Assembly: GCA_000708835.1 (NCBI GenBank)
Contig: DF237576.1
Location: 1 to 49,837 of the forward strand
DNA: 49,837 nucleotides
Source: Klebsormidium nitens
Taxonomy: Eukaryota; Plantae; Klebsormidiophyceae
Reading direction: 5' to 3'
Shown here piece by piece: positions 1 through 10,842 of the stretch. Numbering within the stretch: position 1 is the first letter of the stretch; every line of letters begins with the position of its first letter. The notes below the pieces were generated by a model that made no database searches, was not told the origin of the DNA, and saw nothing but the letters and a program-made list of their open reading frames with translations. Position numbers and translations under genes: made by a program.

Positions 1-1
1 T

Positions 2-1096
2 CAATCGTCCCAGTAATCTGGTATTGTCTTCTTGACAAGCCGTGCCAAAACACCTGTAGAATACCTCTTGAAAGTCACCTGCGCATCCCTGGATTACAGT
101 GAAATTATTAGAGCCGTTATGTTGTCGTCCAAGGTAGCACGTTCGTGCACCATTGACGCAAAATTGAAAAGAACGATTGCCATTTGGAAGCACGGTCGAG
201 CCGCCATAGACGGCTGCACAATCGCTTGCTCTCTTTCGTAGCAGGTCTTGCACTTCGCGGCATGCTGTCGACCTCACGTTTGAAACAACGGTTTGAACGG
301 TGGGCGGCACGACTCCTGAGTTCGTCTCAAACTCTTGTACCGTGTCTCTGTGATTGACTTCTGAGCTTGCTTCCGGCAAAGAGTGCACATCCGGTGAACC
401 AGAAGCACGTCCAAGATTCACGAGGTCCACGAGGTACTGAGGCATCCCCTCTACACAAGCGTCTTTCAAGGTTGGCTCTGCACTCCATCTGTAGTGCAAA
501 ACCTTGCCATTTGGACCACTATAGGATGACGGCGGGGCAAATATTACACCACCAGTCCCTCTTCCATCGGCCCGGTAAATCTCGCCATCGACTTTCAAGG
601 TCTCAAAGTTGTTCAACTGCTTCAAGCCAGCGCTTTGATCCATTCGAAAGTACAGATGAAACCCTCCATTCCCGCTAATTGCTTTGAGTGTACTAGGCTC
701 CGTATGTTGAGTCATAAGCTTCCTCCAAAGGCTTAAACCACACAGTTTCCTCCCTTCATCGCCCACGTCAAAATCCAGGACGTAGAGCCCGCTCGGGCCC
801 GTCAGAATGGCAATACCATTGGGGTTTGGAAACCCTTCAAGTATGCCTTGAATGCTCTCTTTCCAGATCTGCGAAGTGAAAATATGATCCCACTTACGGG
901 GAAACTTAGTACCTTTCTTGCCGTTTGCTTTTACATAGATGCGTACTGGGATTCCGAAAAAATCAAGCATGCCTAGGCGCAAGATCTCAGCTTTGATGCC
1001 CTGGGGCCCTAGGGCCTTGGTTATATCTGGGGCCGAGGCCTTAGGACCGGCGACAGCGTGCTCGACGTCATGCGTAGCCATTCTTTCTACACTCAT
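2..1096 (-). CDS. Bifunctional primase-polymerase (Prim-Pol, PF09250-like) + Cys/His zinc finger, 3'-partial (runs off window)
   Basis: Hand translation from ATG 1096 gives 365 codons with no stop to position 2. It contains GIAILTGPSGLYVLDFD, SGNGGFHLYF, ADGRGTGGVIFAPPSSY..YRW and RTCYLGRQHNGSNNFTV..FYRCFGTAC. It is missing from the ORF track, presumably because it has no stop in the window. Confidence 0.9.
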   Translation of the reverse strand, partial: MSVERMATHDVEHAVAGPKASAPDITKALGPQGIKAEILRLGMLDFFGIPVRIYVKANGKKGTKFPRKWDHIFTSQIWKESIQGILEGFPNPNGIAILTGPSGLYVLDFDVGDEGRKLCGLSLWRKLMTQHTEPSTLKAISGNGGFHLYFRMDQSAGLKQLNNFETLKVDGEIYRADGRGTGGVIFAPPSSYSGPNGKVLHYRWSAEPTLKDACVEGMPQYLVDLVNLGRASGSPDVHSLPEASSEVNHRDTVQEFETNSGVVPPTVQTVVSNVRSTACREVQDLLRKRASDCAAVYGGSTVLPNGNRSFQFCVNGARTCYLGRQHNGSNNFTVIQGCAGDFQEVFYRCFGTACQEDNTRLLGRL

Positions 1097-1187
1097 CACA
1101 AGGAAAAAATCGAACCGTTCTGAACGCGACCACGTTTACTGCTGCGGTCGAGCAGCTAGCTTTATTTCCTAGCAACTACGTAGGACA

Positions 1188-1523
1188 ATGTCCCTGGTCT
1201 CCGGAGATTCAGCCAGCTTTGAGGACGGTGTTCGGCCGTGCCCTTGCAGGGCCTGCCAGAACCATAGGCGTTATCAACGATTGCATCCAGAAAGGCACAA
1301 AGAGCAAGTGAGGGCTTATTACGGTCGCAACCAGGAGAAGATTCTCCTGCAAAAGGCATATGCGCGATACATTGCAGGCCGCACAAAGAAATTCCACGAA
1401 CAAACTCTCGTGGGGCTGAGAAAGGCAGGATTTTCGATCCCACCACCGGACACAACGTCACAATTCACTAAGGAGAACGGACTATCTGGAGATATTCCGT
1501 CATATATATCAGCTGAGGCCTAG
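1188..1523 (+). CDS. Small basic hypothetical protein (virus-like helical motif)
   Basis: 111-aa ORF packed between Prim-Pol (divergent, 91 bp) and the recombinase (convergent, 62 bp). The basic segment RYQRLHPERHKEQVRAYYGRNQEKILLQK recalls YY..N.EKI motifs of large DNA virus orphans. Confidence 0.55.
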   Translation: MSLVSGDSASFEDGVRPCPCRACQNHRRYQRLHPERHKEQVRAYYGRNQEKILLQKAYARYIAGRTKKFHEQTLVGLRKAGFSIPPPDTTSQFTKENGLSGDIPSYISAEA

Positions 1524-1585
1524 TGGATACCTCACAGTGCTGCGATTCCGCTCAAACCTCAATGACAAGTGGTGTACATTGAGAC

Positions 1586-2647
1586 TTAAGCATTAGCAAA
1601 CTGTATCTTTGTTCCGTCTGGATTGTACTTCTTTTCATAGACTCTCATCTGCATTGAAGATGAATGAAGCATCTGTTTTGCGAGCGCCTCTCGTTCGGCA
1701 ATACTAGGTGCGTCCTTCATTGCATTCGAGACGCATATCTTTCGAAGCAAACAAGTGCCTACACGAGCATCCGGAAAGATCTGAGAGCAAAATTTGGTGA
1801 GGTAGTTGCGACTCATCGGCTGATCGGGTGTCCGCATGCGACTCAGGAGGAACTTCCGGGGGAAAACCTCGATACTCTCTGCGATTACGTTGTTAGTGCG
1901 CGTTGGCAGATCAATCGTTTGCTCTCCATACGTTTTTGCCGTTTTGAAATCCTTGAGCACAAGACGGAAGTGACCCTTTGCGAATTCGAGAAGATAGTTG
2001 CCGTTTCCGGCCATCAGGTCCTTCGTCGAAGGGGCATGGATATCATCAAAACGGACGATCGGGAGATCTGAAAAGTCATTGCGTAGACTCGGACCCTGGC
2101 TATACAACGAAAGCACTAAATAGCGAGTAAGAATGACCTTGTCTGCTACAGTAAGCTGTTCAGGAGATTTCGGCAAGATGGAGCGATTTACTCGTCGTTG
2201 CAGCTCCACGCGACGATCATTGATCTCTTGGAGAGTCTTCCAATTCCGAAATTCGGATTCGGTCATCACCTGCGGTGCAGGTTTGGCCCGTTCCATCAGT
2301 TCGCGGACCGCTTGATACCGTTTATAATATGTTTGATACAACTCGTTCTCTTTCGGGAACTCCTTCCTTACCACGACGAGAAGGGGGTTAATCCCCGTTG
2401 CTTGCATAGAGAGCTTGTCTGGATATGTATTAGCAAAGTAATCGATGATTTTAGTCGGATCCTTCAGCCAATCGAAGCTTGTTATCTCTGCCTCTGGACC
2501 GTACAACCCCTTATACAATCGAACGACATGATTGCAATATTGGCTGATGGTTATTGCCTTCCTACTGCCATCATCAAATACAGCTTGTAACAGCTCGAGT
2601 GTCCTTGGCAAGGTTATGGAGCGCGCGTCAGCCTTAGAAGCTTGCAT
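1586..2647 (-). CDS. Tyrosine recombinase/integrase (Polinton-like-virus/NCLDV-type YR)
   Basis: Intronless 353-aa ORF. Catalytic residues occur in order: R (PSLRNDF), K (DFKTAKTYG), R (CLLRK, with H of HxxR replaced by L), H (QMLHS), Y (RVYEKK). Confidence 0.9.
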   Translation of the reverse strand: MQASKADARSITLPRTLELLQAVFDDGSRKAITISQYCNHVVRLYKGLYGPEAEITSFDWLKDPTKIIDYFANTYPDKLSMQATGINPLLVVVRKEFPKENELYQTYYKRYQAVRELMERAKPAPQVMTESEFRNWKTLQEINDRRVELQRRVNRSILPKSPEQLTVADKVILTRYLVLSLYSQGPSLRNDFSDLPIVRFDDIHAPSTKDLMAGNGNYLLEFAKGHFRLVLKDFKTAKTYGEQTIDLPTRTNNVIAESIEVFPRKFLLSRMRTPDQPMSRNYLTKFCSQIFPDARVGTCLLRKICVSNAMKDAPSIAEREALAKQMLHSSSMQMRVYEKKYNPDGTKIQFANA

Positions 2648-2908
2648 AGTTGAGTTATCTTAGATACTATCGGAAAAATGTTGACCAGCAAACGAATCGG
2701 TCCGTCCTGGAAAAGTGAATATGGATGTTCGTCTTTTTCTGCGCGATCTGAGACACATAAAAGCTTTTGCAAGTTATCCGGTAAAAATGAGGTCCTAGAA
2801 CCCTTATTAGGCCTGGTCGAGGAAGTCTATTTTCGGCCGAAAAGTGAGTAAGCGAGAAAACGTGATTATTGCCGTACATCTTTCCTTCTTTGAGCACTTT
2901 GACGCCAT

Positions 2909-3457
2909 TCATTTTTCTAGATAGGGCAACGCTCCGTTACTTGTTGCTGATGCCGACCTCTTCGCCGGGTTCGCAAGCAGTTCGAGGCCCAGGACCTCAT
3001 CATCGTCTCCGGTCCAACCAATTGGCGAATCCCCAGTTGCTTCGCGCTCGAGATCGTGTGACCTGTGCTGAACATCTCCGTTGCTCCGCTCATGCATCCT
3101 GGCTCGTGGTTTTTGAGTTTTAAGAGCATTTCGTTTTGCTTTTCGGGCGCTATTGAGAGCCATTCGCCAATCTACGTGAACGCAGTAGGGCGATCCATGC
3201 ACGCCGCTCTTGTCCCAATGCGCATAAAAGCCCTCAGCAAGTAGGGACCTGACAATGGTCCGAGTAATGTGATCAAGACTGAAAGGTCGAGTCAGCGCCC
3301 GCAAACCTGCTATGGACCCTATATCAAGGTCAGTGCTCATGGATCCAAAGTCCTGATACGATCTCATGATTGCGAGTCTCACCGATCGAGATACTTTTTG
3401 ATCCATGTCGCGTATCATAGCTCGATCTCCAGGTTGATGACCAATAATAGAATCCAT
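2909..3457 (-). CDS. Hypothetical protein, 182 aa
   Basis: ATG-to-stop ORF upstream of and co-oriented with the recombinase. No recognised domain. Confidence 0.5.
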   Translation of the reverse strand: MDSIIGHQPGDRAMIRDMDQKVSRSVRLAIMRSYQDFGSMSTDLDIGSIAGLRALTRPFSLDHITRTIVRSLLAEGFYAHWDKSGVHGSPYCVHVDWRMALNSARKAKRNALKTQKPRARMHERSNGDVQHRSHDLEREATGDSPIGWTGDDDEVLGLELLANPAKRSASATSNGALPYLEK

Positions 3458-3549
3458 CCAATTCTGTGGACGTTATAGATTAGTACAGAGCAAATTGCGG
3501 GAGGTAATTGAACGGCCAAGATGATGTACATCCATTTACGAGCGGACTT

Positions 3550-4685
3550 CTAGTTGGATGAGGCGTGGCATCGTCTAAAGGCCTTCGACTTTCGAAATTG
3601 CCTCTCCAGCTGGTCGTTGATCCAGTTCTTCCTCGCTTCATCCAGCATATTCTTTGAGCACTCCTTCATTCGTTCTTCGTACTTGGCAAACTTCAGCAGA
3701 TAGACGATGTACTCTCTAACAAGTGCGAACTCTTCGTTCAGCCACTCCTTCCAGAGCATGCCTCCTGACTTCTGGGCAATCAGGCCGGGCTTGAAACGGC
3801 TGTCGTTCAGAGGCGCGAAGAGCTCTGTTGCATAGTGAGCTCGGACCCTTTCCCAAAGGCAATCCGCTCCTCCACATTCAAGCTCTCGTAGCCGGTCACT
3901 GTAGTGCCGCCTGAATTCTTCCAGATGTCGTGCGCTCCTCTCCTGTCAACATGCAAACACATTGTTGGAATATGTACACTGTTCTTGCAAATCATATTTG
4001 CAAAATGTGCCCCGGGCTACTGCAATGGTTGTAGATGTACATGAATAAAGCCTCTTTTGGTTGCAACGGTGAAGACTTAGCCTATTCAGCTCACCTGAAT
4101 CTTGTCTGGATGAAACCTGAGGGACCAAGTCGAGTGGCTCAATTGGATCGCCGCGGAGCCGAACCTCGACTTCACCTCGTTGGGGGTGAATTGAGCGTCC
4201 GCTAGAAGCCACGAGATCGGAGGCGGCATGTACCTCGGTGCTACGGGCTCCGGGGGTGTCAGTACGGCAGTCATGGATAGAGCGCGGTACTTCGCGATAT
4301 GGCGAGCGCGAAACACGGCCCGCTCTCCTCCCAAACTGGTCCTGTACTTTGCGACCGCCGCTTGATTGCCTTGCTGCTTCATGCAGCGGGCGGCATCCGG
4401 GCTCAGGCCTCGTAGTTTGGAGACGGGGCGCTCGCTGGGTAGCTTTGCTGGCTCGCAATCGGTCCTTGCACGGTGGGCCTCGAGAGCCTGCTTCGAAGCA
4501 AAGTCCTTATTGCATGCACCTTCAGATTGTATCGAATGATGCTCGAGGCAGACATAGCGGCCCTCACGCCTTTCCCAGCGCTGTCTGGATACCGCAGGCA
4601 CGTTGGAATGACTGTTTGAGGCGATGTTGGAATGTGCCATCCCGTGACTTAGTCTACCTGAAACTGAAGATGGTGTACATCTCAA
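3550..4685 (-). CDS. Two-exon protein with C2H2-like zinc finger and J-domain-like HPDK motif (exons 4685/4640-4095, 3942-3550)
   Basis: Exon 1 ends ..WSLRFHPDKIQ|gtgagc. The phase-0 acceptor ttgacag at 3943-3945 continues ERSARHLEEFRRHYSDRLRE.. to the stop at 3550. The N-terminal part has YVCLEHH..ACNKDFASKQALEAH. Confidence 0.6.
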
Positions 4686-4734
4686 ATTCTCCTAAGCCTC
4701 GATACGCTCCGTCGTCCAGCACGCTGGCCTGCGC

Positions 4735-5130
4735 AAACTCCGTCCGAGTGTCCGAGCTTTTGCCACGACTTTTCACCGGTCTTCCCTCATGACGTCAGCG
4801 GCCATGCCGGGCAAGTATGCGCTGTAATTGATAACGCAGACCCCGTCCGAGTGTCCGAGGTTTTGCCATGATTTTGGAGGGGGCTCGCTTGATGACGTCA
4901 GCAACCATAGATCTTGGGCAGTATGCGCTGTAGTTGATAGAGCGATCCCCGTCCAAGTGCCCGAGCTTTGGCCATGACTTTTAGCAGGGTCTTTTCTAAT
5001 GACGTCAGCGGCCATCCCGAGCAGTATGCGCTATAATTGATAGCGCAGACCCCGTCCGGGTGTCCGAGTTTTTGCCATGATTTTGCAATGGGCTCGCTTG
5101 ACGACGTCAGCAACCATTCCGGGCAGTATG
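4735..5130 (+). repeat. ~103-bp degenerate tandem array (GTCCGAG-T-GTCCGAG-N33-TGACGTCAGC unit)
   Basis: Core octamers at 4790, 4893, 5000 and 5102 (CGACGTCA). Units alternate A/B (..CAGCGGCCAT / ..CAGCAACCAT), forming a higher-order dimer. Confidence 0.9.
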
Positions 5131-7682
5131 TGAGTAGTAATGGACGGTGGGAACAGTGTCCAAGTTATTGCCATGGATCTCGACTGCAAATGGCGCACCC
5201 CGCGGACAATCAGAAGTTTCTTAAGTTCCAAGATACTCAACGCCGCCAGGTAGCAAACCACGCCGTATGTGGGCAATGCATGCCAATAGAATGATGGTTT
5301 TGAGACGGGCCTTCAGGATTAAAAAAGCATTAGCAGGATTAGATGAATGCCGCTACTAACTTGCAGTCATTATGTACAAAAACTCTGCACTCGTGAATAA
5401 ACAACTGCGAATGTTTGTCATCACTAATCGGTCTCTATAGTACCAGTAGCGGCGCAATTAACCATGCCCATAACTCACACTCAGATACATATCATCACTC
5501 GTATTCGCACTTCAACCCTACGTAGCAAGAACTTCGCTGGGACGGTGGCACGCCATCGAAGCGCCCGCCTCGCTTCGTTCTGTTGTAGCCCTTTGCGCGC
5601 ATTTGCCTAGCCAGCTCTTCCTTGGACATCTTGACCCCTGCGAACTCTTGGAACTGCCTCCAAAAGTCGTCCTCCCATGCGACGGACTGGGCTCCCTCGG
5701 GGGTCCCCTCCGGATCCACTTGGCAATGCTCTGACTGCAGAAACGTCTGCAGCTTGTCTCCACGGCGCAACCAAGCCATCTTGGCAGCCTGGACTGCCGG
5801 TGGGTGCCTGCGCAACACACTTGGATCTGCGTACCACGCGCAACTGCCTCTGACCAAAAAGGTAAGGAACTCCTCACAAACGGCAGGCGTCTCCATCCGT
5901 TCCTTGAGCTCGGTGTCAAGGTGCCTGTGCTTGGGGTTCGACTCGTCGAACTTGTCGTCCGAGACGTACTCGTTCGGAAATTGGACCACGACCAGGCGGC
6001 GCTCGACGTTGGGTTGGATGGCCAGCGTGGGTGGAACCTCGGGATCGTAGTTCGTTTGGATGAAGGGCGTGTGGGAGAATCGGAACGAAACGTTGTTCTG
6101 GTAAAGCAGCCGGGAACTGATCTTGCCGCCGCCGGTCATCGTGAGCACCAGTCCGAGATCCACGCGCTCGCCCGGGCTGGTCTCGTCGGTGATGGCAACC
6201 CGCAAGCCCTGCAATTCGGCCAGGTAGCCCGTGGCTGCGCCTTTCGAGGGGGCGCGCTGTCCAGGGGGCTTTACCACGGCGTCCTTTGACATGACGCCGT
6301 AGTAAGCGCCAAGCGTGGTCTCCAGCATCTGCTTACAGACCCCTTTCCCGTTACCTGGAGACATAAGCACGAACTGCTTGACGTTCGATCCGTGCACAGT
6401 CTAAAAAGCTTACAAGACGTACCCTTAGCATACGTTCGGTGCAGTCAATCTAACGAATAGTTCGTCGGATGGCTGCTGACGTCATCGAGGAGCTTGAGGT
6501 TCAAACTTGTTTCCAAAACTCAGACACTCGGACTCCGCACTTACAGATGCTGAGATGAGGCTGAGGATTCAAAGTTTGTCTGATTGCAGGAGCGTTGACA
6601 CCGAGCAAGCAAGCTGGCAGCGTTCGGACAAAGATTCATGTTCAGCTATTGCAAAGTGGACCTACCGCCGCTGCCGAGAAGAAAGACGATGATCTCCTCC
6701 GACGTCCGGCCGTTCATGGCGTATCCCCAGAGCCGCTGCATGAAGTCGATGAGGCCCCGATCGTCATTGAAGATGTCCGCCAGAAAAGCGTCAAGTGTGG
6801 GGGTCGGAAGGTCGAGTCCCTGCGCAAGATTGGCAAGTAAACTTGAGCACGGTGCCCCAATCTTTCCCAAAAGTGTGGCAAAAGACTGAGCAACCATCAA
6901 CTGAGAAGGCGTCTGTAGATAGCAGTCGCGGTTAGAGATATATGCCAAGCTGACTTGCTAATGTCGACCATTCTGCCGGGTACAGTTTCAAGTCTTCCGC
7001 ACATGTGAACGCTTGGTCCTTTCCGCGTTTTGTTGCTGATCAGGCTGGCTGTCTGGACGTCCGAAAAGGCGAGCGGTCGTGCTCGGTTCCAGTGAGGCAC
7101 TAAGCGGAGTGCAATTGATGTTTGGAAGCAAAAAGGGAAGAAGAAAAACTCACCCTGAAGGCAACATCGTCAAACTTTGTGCACATGTAGCCGGGCCTGT
7201 AGGTCCAACAGGCCTGTGCGCAGGTGGAGCACCCCGTTTTGGACGTTGAGGATGTCAGGATCGCTGTCCAACTCCTCCGCAAAGTGCTGGAACATCTCCC
7301 CTTCCATGATGCCCAATGTCGCATCCACCTCGTGCTTGTTGTTGTAGCTCTTGACTAGCTTCAGCAACATCATAAGCCTGAACTTCTCCTCGTCATCATC
7401 GGCCTGTTCGAGTTGAACCTCCAGCTGCTCTCGAAGGCGCCCATACACGATGCTGAGTTGATGCGTGATGGTGTATCGCACAATAGCATTGGTCGTCCGT
7501 TCGTACCGCCGGCCGTCCCAGACCCACCAGTCCTTCGAATCGTGCCAGAGCCTGCACCGAGAAAGACGAAGACCGATGTGGGTGTCAGTGCCACGCTACG
7601 CGAGACAGATTGGCTTACTGCTTTTCGAAATCGCTTTCAAGCTTAAGGGGAACGATGTCTCGTTTAGATCTTAATTGCTGAG

Positions 7683-8170
7683 ATGATGCTGTACGTGGGC
7701 GCCCTGGTCGATATGTGGCCGATCAGAAGATACGCACACGCGCACACTGAGTTCGTCTTTGTGGACGGGTTGCCGGAGAGCAAGTACTTTCGGCCAGATC
7801 AAAGCGGCTGGCAAGTCTACAAAGACAAAAGGACGATGGTTGCGTACATCAGAGCCAGCCTGCAATCTTTCGGCTGCGCGGCGGACCCACCCTGCGATCA
7901 TACTTTTTCAACCGGAAGGATGTCGACATACCAAAACAACCCAACTCCGAAGAACATTCTGCCCCAAGTGACAGCGCCTACCTTCACGCCTTTATGCCAG
8001 TACTGCCGCAGTTGCCTTCTTTGAGAAACTGCTATTGCACAGAGCTCTGTAGCGATGTGGAGTTGCTGGACACAGTAACGATTTCGACAATCCCAGAAGT
8101 ATCTGACATTTATGAGGATTTCAGCCACCAGAGGTACTGCGAAAACTGCGATGAGATTATCAAGTTGTAA
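7683..8170 (+). pseudogene. Antisense ORF nested in an intron (7552-8364) of the helicase gene; Rossmann/methyltransferase-like N-terminus; one frameshift near 7850-7900
   Basis: Starts MMLYVGALVDMWPIRR..EFVFVDGLPES. An overlapping frame (..QPAIFRLRGGPTLRSYFFNRKDVDIP..AYLHAFMPVLP..) stays open to TAA 8168-8170. Confidence 0.45.
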
Positions 8171-9039
8171 TTGCAGATGTGCATTTCACTTTGCAATCAC
8201 AGCGTGCATCAAAAGGCCGCTTAGTGATCCGAAATTGTGCTGCACACGTGCCAAAACACAGTGCAAAATGGGACGGAAGTGATTGTATCACTCAATGCAA
8301 TCCCGACCTGCATGTCAATCCGCAACAGAATGCTAGTTCAAGTCGATGAGAGCTTGGTGCTCACCTGTGGCTGTCCGAATACATCTGGGCAACAATCCGG
8401 CTGCCACCCTTGTCTCCCTGAAAGGCCCAGTTGTCCACAAACACCTTCGTCAGCCTCCCGTAGACAGTCATGTCCTCCGCTCCAAAGGGCGCTGTCTCGC
8501 CCAAGCATGCTCTCCTGCAGCGTGAGCTCCCCAATCATGCGCTTGGGCTGGATGTCGCAGCACTCGGAACTGCTGCAGTGGTACAGGAGTTTCTTCCCGT
8601 GCACCAGGACGCAAAAGTTGTTGGAGCCGCTGTGGTGCGCCCCATATGGGCACGTGCGCTCGCCGGCGACCCGGAAGACGTACATGTCGCCAACAGGGGA
8701 GCGCTTGCGCTTGTCGAAACGGGAGCGGAGATCGCCAGTGGCCGCAACACTCTCCTCGATGCGCCTCAGAAGCGCGGTTGCGGGAGGGTGGGCGACTTCG
8801 ACCGGATCGTCAACGTCTTCTGTGAAACGAACAGCGCAGCGAGCGACCCGATCGGACGACCTGCAAGAGACACGGAGGGTCAGCAAAAGAATGTGTGATT
8901 GTAGAATTTGCACGAGTGGCTGGTGACCTTATCAAACGACCACTCAGAAGGTCGCCACAAACTTTGGACTCTCGACATCGCGCCACAAAGTTGGACATTC
9001 GGACAGCTTTTCGGCTGTCAGTCCAAACCGGACTGCTGC

Positions 9040-9215
9040 CTTGATGGCTGCTGACGTCATCGAAAGAAGCCGTTCAAGAGTCACGGCAGAACTTCGGACA
9101 CTCGGACATGATCGACGCCATCAATCACATCGATTTTGCCCGGGATGGCTGCTGACGTCATCGAAAGAAGCCGCTCGAAAGTCATGGCATAAATTCGGAC
9201 ACTCAGACACAATGA
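9040..9215 (-). repeat. Two copies of the TGACGTCA/CTCGGAC unit inside intron 8861-9269
   Basis: TGACGTCA at 9052 and 9153, each followed after ~33 nt by a TTCGGACACTC(G/A)GAC motif. A single copy also lies at 6477 in intron 6355-6665. Confidence 0.85.
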
Positions 9216-10842
9216 CTCTGCTAGTCGTGTCACGAGAGCGCATTCGCTTCGGTGGAGGGAAGCACGCACCTGGGGGCGCTTGCGGGAGGATGCGCATCGC
9301 TCGCATTGAAGATCTGAATCAGCCAACCAGGCAATGCCCGCAAGTTGGAGCGGTCGGGGGCAATCTCTTGGACCCACTCGTACTGGCGGACCGTCCCGTC
9401 CAGGCCCTTGTAGCTGGAGGGCGCGACAAAGAGCATTCCTCTCTCCCCCCGTGTGTCAATCCCCACCTTCTTGCCTTTGTACCACACCCCGCCCTTGTTG
9501 CGAACCCCCTGCAGGCCCGCCTCTTTCGACTGAGAAAGGGAAAAGAAGAAGTGCTTCCCAGGCCGATGCCCCGTCCACTCCCATGGGGTGTCAGCAGGGA
9601 GGGCGCCGTGCTCCGCGAGCATCTCGTCAAAGGCCTCGCAACCGCCATCTTTAGAGTCGATGTCTACCACATACATGTCCGAAGCCCCCGTTGACATGGC
9701 CAAGCAATTCTGTCGTGGTTGGACCCAGCTCTGGAGGCAATTCCCAATGTCGCACTTGCTTTCCCAATCGCGCCTCAGCCCGATAGGCTTCTTCTTTTCC
9801 ACCCCTTTTCTGTTCTTATAAGCCCGGATCTGGAGGGTCATGGACACAACGCCGAGGCTGTGGAAGTGGTGCGCTGTGGCCAGGCACGGGTCGACGCAAG
9901 GGGCCCCGGGGACGGGACTGGTCTGAGCAGCAGGGCGAGGGCTGGCATCAGCGCAAGGGACGCGCGCAGCGGAACTGGGGCCTGCCTGGCCGGTTGGGGA
10001 GGGCGGAGGGGAACGGGGCAGGTCACCAGCAGCCGTGCGCGAGGCGTGAGCAGAGGGGCGCACAGCGACTGGCGCGCACGGCTCGCAAACGGAGAGCCCG
10101 GAAGCAGCAGCGGCGCTCGTGGCAACGGCCGGGCAAGCAGACTGTAAGGAGATGACAACGACATATTGAATCAGCAGTCGGAGATGCGCTGACCATGCAA
10201 TACGCAAAGCAATAAGCCGCTCACCAGGGAGCCAGATCTGGGACCACCGTTCTACTGAGGAAGAAAATCCAGATTCGCATATCTTTATACTGGCTCTGGT
10301 CGTCTTTCGTGTACATTTACATTGATATGCAGAGCGCAATTGAGATTGTACTTCAGATGGACATCAAAGTTGAGTAATGGTTTACACAAGTACTCCAAAC
10401 GCACTGGTCACTAAGTCATCTAGAGGCTTGGAAAAAAGTTGCGTTCTATCAAAAAGAGCCAAAAGTGCGATCCTGCCTGGTTCCAAAATGGAAGTCAACT
10501 CGGCAAGTACCTTTCTGGGTATTTTCAACTGGGAAAACGAACAGCCAAAACCTAGGATCGTTTGGTCATGGCTTCGGTAAGCTTCGTGTACAGATGCAGT
10601 TATTTCCATAAAAGTAAGTGCGAATGTACACCATACTGACTCCGTGTTGCTGAATGTACTCAAACCCCGCCGATCGTCAAGAGACCGTTGGATCTATGAG
10701 AGCAATGCATTGTCCGCGAATCTGGTCAGTCGGATTAACCCGAGCAGCTAACCCAGTCGGAAAAACACCGGCGTTCTTTTTCTGGTCAGAAGGTCGAATT
10801 CTGAAAGAAGGGGGAAAAAAGAAGCACTCGTGGCAAGCTCAC

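Larger units (their letters stand above)
5495..10141 (-). pseudogene. Spliced Prim-Pol + zinc finger + D5_N + SF3 (D5/P4-type) helicase; exons 10141-9270, 8860-8365, 7551-7154, 6819-6666, 6354-5495; two frameshifts (~8500, ~7203)
   Basis: Motifs: Prim-Pol (LAMSTGASDMYVVDID, GKHFFF, GIDTRGERGMLFVAPSSY), Zn finger (RTCPYGAHHSGSNNFC..YHCSSSEC), D5_N (WWVWDGRRYE; LDSDPDILNVQNGVLHLRTG), Walker A split by an intron (LGSG|GNGKG), Walker B (ITDE), QTNY. All four GT-AG introns are phase-compatible once the frameshifts are allowed. Confidence 0.85.

Noticed and set aside
1586-10141. Classification as Helitron, DIRS, Crypton or Polinton
   Set aside because: The helicase is SF3/D5, not PIF1 with HUH Rep. 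No RT/RNase H, protein-primed PolB or retroviral integrase is visible. Cryptons lack primase-helicase genes.
10142-10339. N-terminal ~66 codons of track ORF 9230..10339 as real coding sequence
   Set aside because: They end in a polypyrimidine tract and TACAG acceptor at 10142-10144 and are better explained as intron read-through.
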